Positions 47,314 to 57,300 of a DNA stretch of 64,000 nt are shown one piece after another. A program made the translations under genes and the position numbers. This DNA comes from Nostoc sp. DedSLP01 (GTDB taxonomy: Bacteria > Cyanobacteriota > Cyanobacteriia > Cyanobacteriales > Nostocaceae), in contig JAVRCJ020000011.1 in NCBI GenBank assembly GCA_034530875.2, positions 128,001 through 192,000 on the forward strand, in the 5' to 3' direction. The notes under the pieces were generated by a model that saw only the letters and a program-made list of their open reading frames with translations, was not told the DNA's origin and searched no databases. Numbering within the stretch: the first letter of the stretch is position 1; the number at the start of each line of letters is the position of its first letter.

Positions 47314-48597
47314 CTACTTCCTAGTCACCACTCTATGCCCGATATCTCTTCGGTAATATATCCCCTCAAATTGAATGTATTCTATCCCTGCATAAGCTTG
47401 GGCGATCGCTTGCTCAAAATCTGCTCCAATACCAGTGACATTTAACACTCGCCCCCCGTCTGTAACTATTTGATGTTGCTGGTTCAATTTCGTGCCTGCA
47501 TGAAACACAATTGCTCCAGCTTTTTCAGCTTCGCCAATGCCAGTAATTACTTTATTTTTCTCGTATTCTCCCGGATAACCGCCGGATGCAGCAACGACTG
47601 TAGCAGATGCTCCTGGTTTCCAAGCAAGTGGGGGCAGTTCGCCTAAGCGCTGCTGTGCGCAAGCTAAAAGTAACTCTTCTAGGGGTGTGTCTAATAGTGG
47701 CAGGATTACTTGGGTTTCGGGATCGCCAAAGCGACAGTTAAATTCCAAAACCTTGAAGTTGCCACCAGGCGCAATCATTAATCCAGCGTACAGTACGCCA
47801 CGGTAGTCAATGCCTTTGGATCTTAAAGAGGCGATCGCTTTTTCTAAAACTTCCGTTTGAATCCGTGCCATTAACTCTGGTGTCGCAATGGGTGTAGGTG
47901 CGTAGGCTCCCATACCGCCAGTATTTTCCCCCGTGTCCCCCTCACCAATCCGCTTATGATCTTGCGCTGGCAGTAAAGGTCTAATTGTTAAGCCATCGGT
48001 TAAAGCTAAAACTGATACCTCTTGCCCAATCAAACATTCTTCAATGACGACAAATTGATCGGCACTACCAAATTGCCCCTGAAAAATCGCGTCAATGGCA
48101 CTATGGGCTTGTTCAACTGTTTCAGCTACGATGACGCCCTTACCAGCCGCCAAACCATCAGCTTTGACAACAATTGGCGCTCCCTCAGATTTGGCGTAAG
48201 ATTTTGCTGCTGTTGCCTCCGTAAATACCGCAGCCTGTGCTGTCGGAATTCCGGCTTCTTGCATCAGCGCTTTTGCCCAAGCTTTGCTAGCTTCAATCTG
48301 CGCTCCTGCTCTGCTCGGGCCAAATACCAGCAGTCCTTTGTTTTGTAGATAGTCTGTAATTCCCTTAGCTAAGGGGACTTCTGGCCCGACTATCACCAAA
48401 GTTATACTTTGCTCTATTGCGTATCGGCTTATACCTTCAAAATCATCTACTGCTAGGGGCAAATTCTGGCAACGTTCCATGCTTGCTGTGCCGCCGTTTC
48501 CTGGTACGCAAACAACTTGCTGAATTTGCTCAGATTGCAGCAACTTCCATGCTAGAGCGTGTTCGCGCCCTCCATTCCCTACAACTAAAACTTTCAC
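47314..48597 (-). CDS. purD: Phosphoribosylamine--glycine ligase
   Basis: GNGGREHALAW, KADGLAAGKGV, QDHKR..GDTGENTGGMGAY and EFNCRFGDPETQ motifs. Confidence 0.97.
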   Translation of the reverse strand: MKVLVVGNGGREHALAWKLLQSEQIQQVVCVPGNGGTASMERCQNLPLAVDDFEGISRYAIEQSITLVIVGPEVPLAKGITDYLQNKGLLVFGPSRAGAQIEASKAWAKALMQEAGIPTAQAAVFTEATAAKSYAKSEGAPIVVKADGLAAGKGVIVAETVEQAHSAIDAIFQGQFGSADQFVVIEECLIGQEVSVLALTDGLTIRPLLPAQDHKRIGEGDTGENTGGMGAYAPTPIATPELMARIQTEVLEKAIASLRSKGIDYRGVLYAGLMIAPGGNFKVLEFNCRFGDPETQVILPLLDTPLEELLLACAQQRLGELPPLAWKPGASATVVAASGGYPGEYEKNKVITGIGEAEKAGAIVFHAGTKLNQQHQIVTDGGRVLNVTGIGADFEQAIAQAYAGIEYIQFEGIYYRRDIGHRVVTRK

Positions 48598-48698
48598 TGA
48601 TTTCCTCGTGCCTTCCTTGCGAAACGAGAATGCCTTAAGGCTACTCGCGGATCAATTTTTCCATTAACTCTCACACTGTGCAAGCCCCTGCATTCAAT

Positions 48699-48792
48699 GG
48701 GAAGATGGGGGGATGGGGAGGCAGGAGGCAGAAGGCAGGGGGCAGGAGGCAGGGGAAAACTAATGACTAATGACTAATGACTAATGACTAAT
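48699..48792. repeat. STRR clusters (GGCAGGA)n and (CTAATGA)4
   Basis: Tandem heptamers seen directly in the sequence. Confidence 0.75.
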
Positions 48793-48976
48793 TTATCAAT
48801 AAATACACTTAAATATTTTCAATACAATAATTATTTTAAGTATTTGTAATGACTTTTTTACGATTAAACCAATTAGCTAATTAGTACAAAAAATCCTTCT
48901 TAGGTAATGACGATTATTGGTTACAAGTATTAACCTGTGAGTGTAGAAATTAATTAAAATATCAAAAAATAGGCAA

Positions 48977-49927
48977 ATGAGTAAAGTTATCGTCACTGGA
49001 GTCGCTGGTTTTATTGGTTCTCATCTAACAGAAACATTGCTGCAACAAGGAAAAGAAGTCATTGGAATTGATGAATTCAATGATTATTACAATCCGATGT
49101 TAAAGCATAAAAATATTGCGCACTTAAATGGGTCACCGGGGTTTAAATTAATTGAAGGAGATATGCAGTTTTTAGATTGGCATCAACTCCTGAAAGATGT
49201 TGATGTGGTTTATCATCAAGCGGCACAAGCGGGTGTAAGGGCGAGTTGGGGTCAAGGTTTTAGAAGTTACACGGAACGAAATATTAATGCTACGCAAGTT
49301 TTGCTAGAAGCAGCCAAAGATGCTAAAAACCTCAAAAGGTTAGTGTTTGCTTCTTCATCGAGTGTATATGGTGATGCAGAAACTTTACCTACGCACGAGG
49401 GTATTTGTCCGCACCCAGTTTCTCCGTATGGAATTACGAAGCTAGCGGCTGAGTTTTTGTGTGGGCTATATTACAAAAACTTTGGCGTGCCATCTGTATC
49501 GTTGCGCTATTTCACAGTTTACGGCCCCAGACAGCGCCCAGATATGGCATTTCATAAGTTCTTTCAAGCGATTTTGCAGGATGAGGCAATTCCGATTTAC
49601 GGTGATGGACAACAAACGCGGGAGTTTACGTTTGTTAGTGATATTATCGCTGCTAATTTAGCAGCAGCGATCGCACCTGAAGCAGTGGGAGAAATCTTTA
49701 ATATCGGCGGCGGTAGTCGGGTAGTTTTAGCAGAAGTCTTGGAGACAATTGAACAAATCGTTGGCAAACCAATCAAAAGAAACTACAAAGAAAAAGCGAT
49801 GGGAGACGCCCGTCACACTGCTGCTGATATATCTAAAGCCGACAAAATTCTTGGATATCAGCCACAAGTCTCTCTAACAGAAGGCTTGACGCAGGAATGG
49901 CAATGGATTAAGTCTTTATATTCTTAA
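48977..49927 (+). CDS. NAD-dependent epimerase/dehydratase (UDP-glucuronate/UDP-glucose 4-epimerase-like)
   Basis: TGVAGFIG, AAQAGVR, SSSSVYG, YGITK and YGPRQRPDMA motifs. Confidence 0.9.
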   Translation: MSKVIVTGVAGFIGSHLTETLLQQGKEVIGIDEFNDYYNPMLKHKNIAHLNGSPGFKLIEGDMQFLDWHQLLKDVDVVYHQAAQAGVRASWGQGFRSYTERNINATQVLLEAAKDAKNLKRLVFASSSSVYGDAETLPTHEGICPHPVSPYGITKLAAEFLCGLYYKNFGVPSVSLRYFTVYGPRQRPDMAFHKFFQAILQDEAIPIYGDGQQTREFTFVSDIIAANLAAAIAPEAVGEIFNIGGGSRVVLAEVLETIEQIVGKPIKRNYKEKAMGDARHTAADISKADKILGYQPQVSLTEGLTQEWQWIKSLYS

Positions 49928-50200
49928 TACTATAGTAGGAGGCAGGAGGCAGGAGGCAGGAGGCAGGAAGCAAAAGTATTACTATTCCTGGCATTCAACC
50001 TTTCAAAATGTCCTAATCTATTTGGCTATCACTATATTTCACTAATTGGTTGAGGATACGGCATCATTTGAGATTTTCGGTGCGTTAGGACTAATACCGA
50101 TTTACAATGAAGAAATTCAGATTCTATTTAATTCTCCAGGTTTCAATTTGTTGCCGAATTTTAGAGAATTGGTATAACATCCATAACGCACCCTAGAAAA

Positions 50201-53200
50201 CTATTGCCACGTTCCCAATTCATCAATGGTATTACGAATTAGCGAAGTTATTTGAGCGCGACGGGTTTCAAAATTAGCGGCAATATAAATTAGCAAAATT
50301 CCAACTAACAAGCCGACAACCCATTTCAAAAAAGAGTACTGCAAGCTGAAAATTACTGATTGATAGATAGTAGTAATTAAAAAAGTAGCTGTACCAATGT
50401 ACAGAAAAGCCCGCACTCGCAAAGCTAATCCAGCAAAAATGGCGATGAGGCTAAAAATACCGGGTATCCACGGTGTATCTTGATGAAATAAAATTGCCCA
50501 GCCGCAAATTAAACCGCTACCCAGCAAACGCAGGGTATGGCGAACTGTTTTAGATTCTGGTAATCTCAGCTGGGTATCTACTTGAGCAATGTAAAGTAGC
50601 GATAATCCAAATGATGTTACATACCACAAAGCATCACGCAGATATAAGCCATAAAGCCAACGGTACAACGCCCAATTAATCAGCACCACACTGATATAGG
50701 TAAAACGGATGTTGCCACCCACTTTTGCTAAAAAGATGTAATATGCAGCGGTGAGTATCAAAGCGATCGGGTAAATTTGTAGTGCAGTTTGCCATATAAC
50801 GATTAGCGGTAAAACGTACGCAGCTTGTTGCCAAGGTCTTTTAGACCAACCCCAAGTTTCCCAAGGTAAGATATACAGAAAATAGGCGGCTACGCAGGCG
50901 ATCGCACCATCCCAAGGAAGCAATTGTGTAGTAAATAAACTAATTATTGGGATTTCCCGCGAATAAATACTGATGGCAATCGCCTCTAACAAACCCAGGT
51001 AAACCCAAAGTTCATCTATTGATATACCCCAGGCTGTTGCCAAAGATGCTTCGGGCGATCGCTTTCCTTGAAAAATTGCATACCGCACCAAAAATATCCC
51101 AGTTCCCAATCCCAGCAAACGGTTAAATCCAATGGGAACGGCTATAGCAGCGATTAATAAGCAGCTACTCCAAGCCCAGTGAATATCAGCTATGTTTTTG
51201 AGTTCTTGGCGAGTTAAGCGTAAGTAGCCCATTAACCAAGGTAACAGGATGCGATAGGCATACATGATACTCGCACCAAGGGCAGACATGGCAATCAATC
51301 CATCGCCTAATGTTCCGCCTGAAGCTTGGGACATTTGATAGAACAAAAGTTCGTAAGCAGAAATTGATATGCCAATGATTCCTAAATACAGCAGCGGTTT
51401 AAAGTCTTCCCGGCGTCGCCCTACACCAATAATTATTAAAGCTACACCCAAGGAACACAAACCCGTCCACTCGGTAAAGGTTTCTACACGCAAGAATACG
51501 CTGAATACACCATAAATTAATGGCAAAATGTGAAGGCTACTAGGCAGCCTTTGTAATTGATGTCGTCGTCGCCACCACTCTCCTACAAGCTGAGTAATTA
51601 AACCCAAGGCGATATTTGCGATCGCAATCCTAATAATGGATCTTTCCCCAAACCCTAAAACTTGGGCTGTCAACAATTCCAAACACCAACCAATGCTATA
51701 AAATGCCCAATTTGTTGGTTGCTGCCAACTGCGATAGATAATACCTCCTAAAATAATACCAGTGGCAATTAAGTACAAAAATCCAGAATTAGCTGCCCCT
51801 CGATAAATCAAGATTGAGTGCAGCGTTAAAGCAGAGAATTCATAACCACACAAAGCGATCGCCCATTTATCGCTGGCGGCTGCATAGATAGCTGCTAATT
51901 CGTTACTACGTTGTCTGAGTGCTGTGCGTATTAACCATAAACTGAAAGTGGCGATCGCTCCGACAACAAACCAACCAGCCACCGCTAAAGGAGGTAAACC
52001 AGGCACGCCCGTCCACAGCACTACGCCGATAAAACTTAAAACAAATCCTTCCGCAATCACCGCAGCTACTTGGTTTCGCAAATAGCGCGTATTTACGAAC
52101 ATGATTACCGCGCCCACAGCCAAGCCAATTAATCTAATTCCTGGTAGCTGTAAAGTAAGTAACTGGGCAATTCCCACAGTTAAAATACTTAAGTAACGGG
52201 TAATAGTACGATTTTCTAGATTTGCGCCATTGGCAACACCCGTAAGAGCTATGGGCGTAACCAGCCAAATAACTCCCCAATAAGCCCTGCTATCGGCGAC
52301 GCCATACCAAGATGATTCTGCATTCATCCACAACAGCAAAAAACTAACGGCGGCTAATCCTAAACCGATGTCCCATGCACTACGTCGCCATAATCCAGCC
52401 CCCATACTAAATATCCATTCTGCAACCATCACAGCCAATAAAATACTTGCCCAAACTTCTCTACTGAGTGTTGGCAAGAACCAATGAACCAGCGAACAAA
52501 ACGTCAGCACGCCGATGATATGAGTCAGGTATACCAGAGGAGGAGATGAGGAGGGGCGGCGTTTGCTGACAACAGCAAGGGCGATTGTAGAAAATAGCAG
52601 ATTTAGCGATCGCAACGCCGGATTGACTACAGCGATCGTTGTCAGAAAAGCTCCTAATAATAAAGCCAGTAGTTCCCCAAATTCAGCCAATTCTCGTTTT
52701 TGGGCGCGATAGAAATAATCTGTAAGCGCCACCATGAAAATTACGTAAGGAAATAAAACTACACCCAGCAATGCCCAAGGTTGATTTTGAGAATTTGTGA
52801 GTCCGGTAGCAGTAGCGATGGCCAATTCTTGTAAATTATGGGGTACTAACCGCCAAGCAAGCCAAATTGTCTGTAAACCAATAACGAAAATCGCCGCCAA
52901 GTCAATTTTTAAACTGTAGCGCTGCAAGCGATTTCCCACAAACCACAAACCCAAACCACTCACAGCTATAGCTTGCCAGGGATAATTAATTACTGAAACC
53001 AACCAACCCAGTAAGAGTAAAATCGCACCGAATCTTTCCCAAACTAAGGGAGATGACGGAGATATTACAGTTACTTCCTCATCTCCCCCTGCTCCCTGCC
53101 CCCTGCCCCCTGCCCCCCTGCCTTCCTCCTGTGCTAGCCAAGTCACCAACCAGCCGCAAATCCCAATCGCTAAACCTAGCTGTGTAACATTTACCCCAGC

Positions 53201-54121
53201 AATAAAAATCGCCCGTCCTAACAAGACTAGCAAAGCATAAATTATGACTGTAACGCGTAAATTAATACTGAAATTATGGCGATCGCTGGTGTTATCTGCG
53301 TAACGGCGATTGGCAACAGCAATTATAGTTGTGGCGATGGTTGCCAGATAAACAGCAATTAAAGGAAATCCTCTAAATTGCCAACCCCAATGTAGATAAC
53401 TCAACCCCAGAATATTGACTATAAGTAATTTATCGCTATTTATACGGGGAAAAATAGTCCGATTTTTAAAGATTAAAGCAGTAATAGCAGTGAGGGTAGG
53501 CAAGGCGATCGCAACTACAATCCAATCCAGCGGATTTTGCCATAAGCGAAAGCTATCCATCGCCCAAAAGTTCACTGGCACTAACAAAAGAGTGGCAATC
53601 AATAATGTCTGAGCTGTCAATCTCAAGTTATTTTGCCTAGTCGCCCAAAAGCTTAACCCCCAAAAACTCAAAGTATAAGCAAATAAAACTCCATACTGCC
53701 CGGAAGCAGGAAATTTTGCCCACTGACTAGCAGCCAGTACCCCAGAGGATACCACTACTAAAAATACCCCTAAAAAAAGCAGCCAACGGACGCTCAATTC
53801 TGCTCCTAATGACTGCAACATTGTGCTGAAAAAGTTGGGTTGAGCTGGTGTTTCTGTCGCTTGTTTGCTACTAGTAGCTTGTAAAGCTCCTACAGGCAAC
53901 TGTTGCACGGCATCGGAAGTTGCAAATTTTACCTGAGCTTCACTTTTAGCCTGGGGTTGTAACCTCACCGTACAAACCAGGAATTCTCGGGATATTTGCC
54001 TAACTTGGGAATCGGATATCAAACCTAAGCGCAGCCATATCTCAAGTCCCTCCAATAAATGGGGATGAGAAGATGGAAGCCTGATTTCAACTTTTAGCGG
54101 GCGCTCAAAAGGCGATGACAT
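50201..54121 (-). CDS. Large polytopic membrane protein (DUF2157-like)
   Basis: About 1300 aa with many hydrophobic segments; WLRLGLIS N-terminus. Confidence 0.75.
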   Translation of the reverse strand: MSSPFERPLKVEIRLPSSHPHLLEGLEIWLRLGLISDSQVRQISREFLVCTVRLQPQAKSEAQVKFATSDAVQQLPVGALQATSSKQATETPAQPNFFSTMLQSLGAELSVRWLLFLGVFLVVVSSGVLAASQWAKFPASGQYGVLFAYTLSFWGLSFWATRQNNLRLTAQTLLIATLLLVPVNFWAMDSFRLWQNPLDWIVVAIALPTLTAITALIFKNRTIFPRINSDKLLIVNILGLSYLHWGWQFRGFPLIAVYLATIATTIIAVANRRYADNTSDRHNFSINLRVTVIIYALLVLLGRAIFIAGVNVTQLGLAIGICGWLVTWLAQEEGRGAGGRGQGAGGDEEVTVISPSSPLVWERFGAILLLLGWLVSVINYPWQAIAVSGLGLWFVGNRLQRYSLKIDLAAIFVIGLQTIWLAWRLVPHNLQELAIATATGLTNSQNQPWALLGVVLFPYVIFMVALTDYFYRAQKRELAEFGELLALLLGAFLTTIAVVNPALRSLNLLFSTIALAVVSKRRPSSSPPLVYLTHIIGVLTFCSLVHWFLPTLSREVWASILLAVMVAEWIFSMGAGLWRRSAWDIGLGLAAVSFLLLWMNAESSWYGVADSRAYWGVIWLVTPIALTGVANGANLENRTITRYLSILTVGIAQLLTLQLPGIRLIGLAVGAVIMFVNTRYLRNQVAAVIAEGFVLSFIGVVLWTGVPGLPPLAVAGWFVVGAIATFSLWLIRTALRQRSNELAAIYAAASDKWAIALCGYEFSALTLHSILIYRGAANSGFLYLIATGIILGGIIYRSWQQPTNWAFYSIGWCLELLTAQVLGFGERSIIRIAIANIALGLITQLVGEWWRRRHQLQRLPSSLHILPLIYGVFSVFLRVETFTEWTGLCSLGVALIIIGVGRRREDFKPLLYLGIIGISISAYELLFYQMSQASGGTLGDGLIAMSALGASIMYAYRILLPWLMGYLRLTRQELKNIADIHWAWSSCLLIAAIAVPIGFNRLLGLGTGIFLVRYAIFQGKRSPEASLATAWGISIDELWVYLGLLEAIAISIYSREIPIISLFTTQLLPWDGAIACVAAYFLYILPWETWGWSKRPWQQAAYVLPLIVIWQTALQIYPIALILTAAYYIFLAKVGGNIRFTYISVVLINWALYRWLYGLYLRDALWYVTSFGLSLLYIAQVDTQLRLPESKTVRHTLRLLGSGLICGWAILFHQDTPWIPGIFSLIAIFAGLALRVRAFLYIGTATFLITTIYQSVIFSLQYSFLKWVVGLLVGILLIYIAANFETRRAQITSLIRNTIDELGTWQ

Positions 54122-54317
54122 AAGCCGCAATAATAGATGTATATACTTAAATCATGGATTTAAAGTATATTTTGGCTTTAATTATGGAATTTATCAGGCT
54201 AATTGATATTAATTTTTTGATCTAAGTACAAGGCACGAGGTAAAATCCTCAATAGTAAAAGGTTTCCCTTTCGTTACAAAAACGGCCTCCTGCCCCCTGC
54301 CCCCTGCCTTCGTTATC

Positions 54318-57300
54318 TCACCTTGGTAGTGTAATTATAAATTCTGCTCCTTGATTTAGTGCAGAATTAACTTCTAGAGTACCGCCGTGTTTTTCCACAA
54401 TAATTTGACGGGCGATCGCTAATCCTAAACCTGTACCTTTACCTACCATTTTCGTAGTATAAAGATGGTCAAATATTTTTTGCTTGACTTCTTGAGTCAT
54501 TCCCATACCATTATCTTTGATACTAATATTCACTTGTTTGGAGTCATCACTCAATTTAGTAGTAATAACGATTATGTTTGGGTTAGCTTGGATTTCAGCA
54601 AAACTCCGTCCAATGTTTGACTCTTCTAGCGCATCAATGGCATTAGCCAATAAATTCATAAACACCTGATTTAACTGTCCGGGGAAACACTCTATTTGGG
54701 GGAAATTGCCGTAATTTTTCACGATTTCAATTGCTGGATGGCTATCATTCGCTTTCAGGCGGTGTTTGAGAATTAAGATAGTGCTGTCTAAGCCATCGTG
54801 AATATTAAAAGGAACTTTGTAGTCAGAATCGGCACGAGAGAAGGTACGCAAGCTATTACTAATTTCCCGGATACGATGAACTCCTTCTTTCATAGAAGAA
54901 ATTAATTTTGGTAAATCACTGCGTAAGTATTCTAAATCAATATTCTCGATTTCTGCTTCAATTTCTTCCCCTGGTTGAGGAAATTTTTCTTGATAACAAT
55001 CGAGCAAATTAAATAAATCTTGGACGCCTTCGTATGCTGGTTGAATATTACCATTAATAAAGCCCACAGGGTTATTAATTTCGTGAGCGACACCTGCAAC
55101 CAAATTACCTAAAGCTGACATTTTTTCATTTTGGACAATTTGTAATTGTGCTTGTTGTAAGTTTTGCAGCGCTTGTTCTAGTTCTTGAGATTTTTGCTGT
55201 ACAATTGCTTCTGCTTGTTTGCGTTCGGTAATATCTAGAAGTACGCCATCCCATACAAGAGAGCCATCCTCTTGTGCTTCTGGTTGGGATACGGCTTGAA
55301 TCCATTTTAATTGGCCTGTTGGTGTAATAATGCGCCATTCATGTTGAAAAGTCGTGAGATTCTGCGCTGATTCCATTATTAGTTTCTCAACTTGAGCGCT
55401 ATCTTCAGGATGTTCTAAACCACGTAAGCTTTGATAGCTATTTTCAGACAAAAATTCCTCTGCTGGTATTCCGTAGAGTTGATAGCAGCCAGAACTGATA
55501 TATGGCATAGAAGCAACACCATCCTTACTGAGGCACAGTTGATAAATAACTCCAGGGATATTATTAGCAAGCTTGTGCAAGAGAGTTTTACTTGCTTGTA
55601 AATCGCAATAAAGTTGAGCGTTATCTAGAGAAATTCCGGCTTGGGTGCAGAGGAAATTTAAAATCAATCGGCGATCGCTGGTAAATACTCCTTGAGTTAA
55701 TTTATTTTCCAAATAAAGAATACCCACCAAATGCCCTTGATTCAAGATTGGCATACATAAAGCACTCTTGGGTTTTACCAATTGCATATATTCGCTCATC
55801 AATCCAGAAATATCACTTTGCAAGTTGTCGATCGCTACTGTTTCTTGCGTATTTTTAACGTAATAAATTAGTTGTTTCGGGATGTCTAAGCAAGTTTCTA
55901 TTGGTTGTGTTTCCAGGATAGTTTTGATTTCACACCCAGAATTTGCTTCGCGATCGATATATGTAATTGCTCTTACTTGCCAGCTATCTCCTTGTGGCAA
56001 AATTAATACAGTTTTTTTCGCACCAGAGTTTTCTAAAATGATGCGGGTAAGACTAACGATGAGGCGATCTAATTCGATGGAACTGGAAATCGCTTGAGCA
56101 GCTTTGAGGATGGAGGTAAAATCGAGAACATCAGAAATGTTGTTGGTACTGCTAGAAGTGCCGTTAGATGAAGAACTCCGAGTCAAGCCTATATTGGCAA
56201 TAGTTTCTAGAGGATTTAAGCTGAGTTTTCGCTGTAGGAGGATGGGTTGCAACAATTGGGGATAAAGTTTTTCTAAGTTATCGACTTTGGCTAATGCTCC
56301 CCACCGCGCATAACAGTAGTATGCTTCCTGCATATAGCCTGCGGCGACTTTATCTTTACCCCATTCCAGGTAAAACTTAGCAGCGAGTTCGTTAGCGATC
56401 GCTTCTTCTTGCAGATATTCATTGGCTTTGGCAAGTGCAATGGCGCGATCGTATAAATCTATGGCTTCAATACCCTTGCCAGAAATTTTTACTATTTCCG
56501 CAGATAGCAACAGATATCGATGTAAAAAGTTTTCTGGACAATTATCCGCTAATTTTTCAAGGATTTGCTGATGTTTTTCCAGAAGGTTACAATACTGCTG
56601 TTTTTCCTCTGGTGTTGCAGTGGCGTAGAGTGCCGTTAAACAGAGGGGATAATAGAAATGATATTGAGTCGTGGGAAAAAATCCTAAATTTGTAGCTTGC
56701 CTTTTCTCAACTTCTAGTATGATTTGTACGGCTTCATGATAATCAGCCTGGAGATACAATAATTGCAGCTTGAGAATGCAATACCAACTAATTCCAATGG
56801 CAAAATTATTTTTTTGGAAAATATCTATATAAGAGATATTCTCGTTATTTTCATAATCGAATGATTTTTTTGTCTCTGATAAATTCTCCAAACTCGCAAT
56901 GAATTTTCGCTGTAAGATAAAAGTGTACAGCATATTTGTATCATTTACCTGCTCGACATAGTTCAGGTATTTATCAGTTTCGAGATAGATGTCACTAAGG
57001 CGATCGCCTTTAATTAACATTGTCCAAATCGTAAATATAACTGCCCAAACTCCATAAAGCAAATTTCCAGTATCATAAGAAATTTGAAATGATTGCTGGT
57101 AAAGTGGCAAATTTGTTTTCAGGTGTCGAATATAAGGATTAATTGCATGGCCAAAATGATTGATATTTTTCGGTAAAATTTGCAGATTATTGAAGTGATG
57201 AGCAACTTTTAAGGACAATTCCCCAAATTCATAAGCTGTTTGATACTCTCCTCGATCGGCAAGATTAATACCATAGAGATCGTAGGCAACGCTAGAGGTT

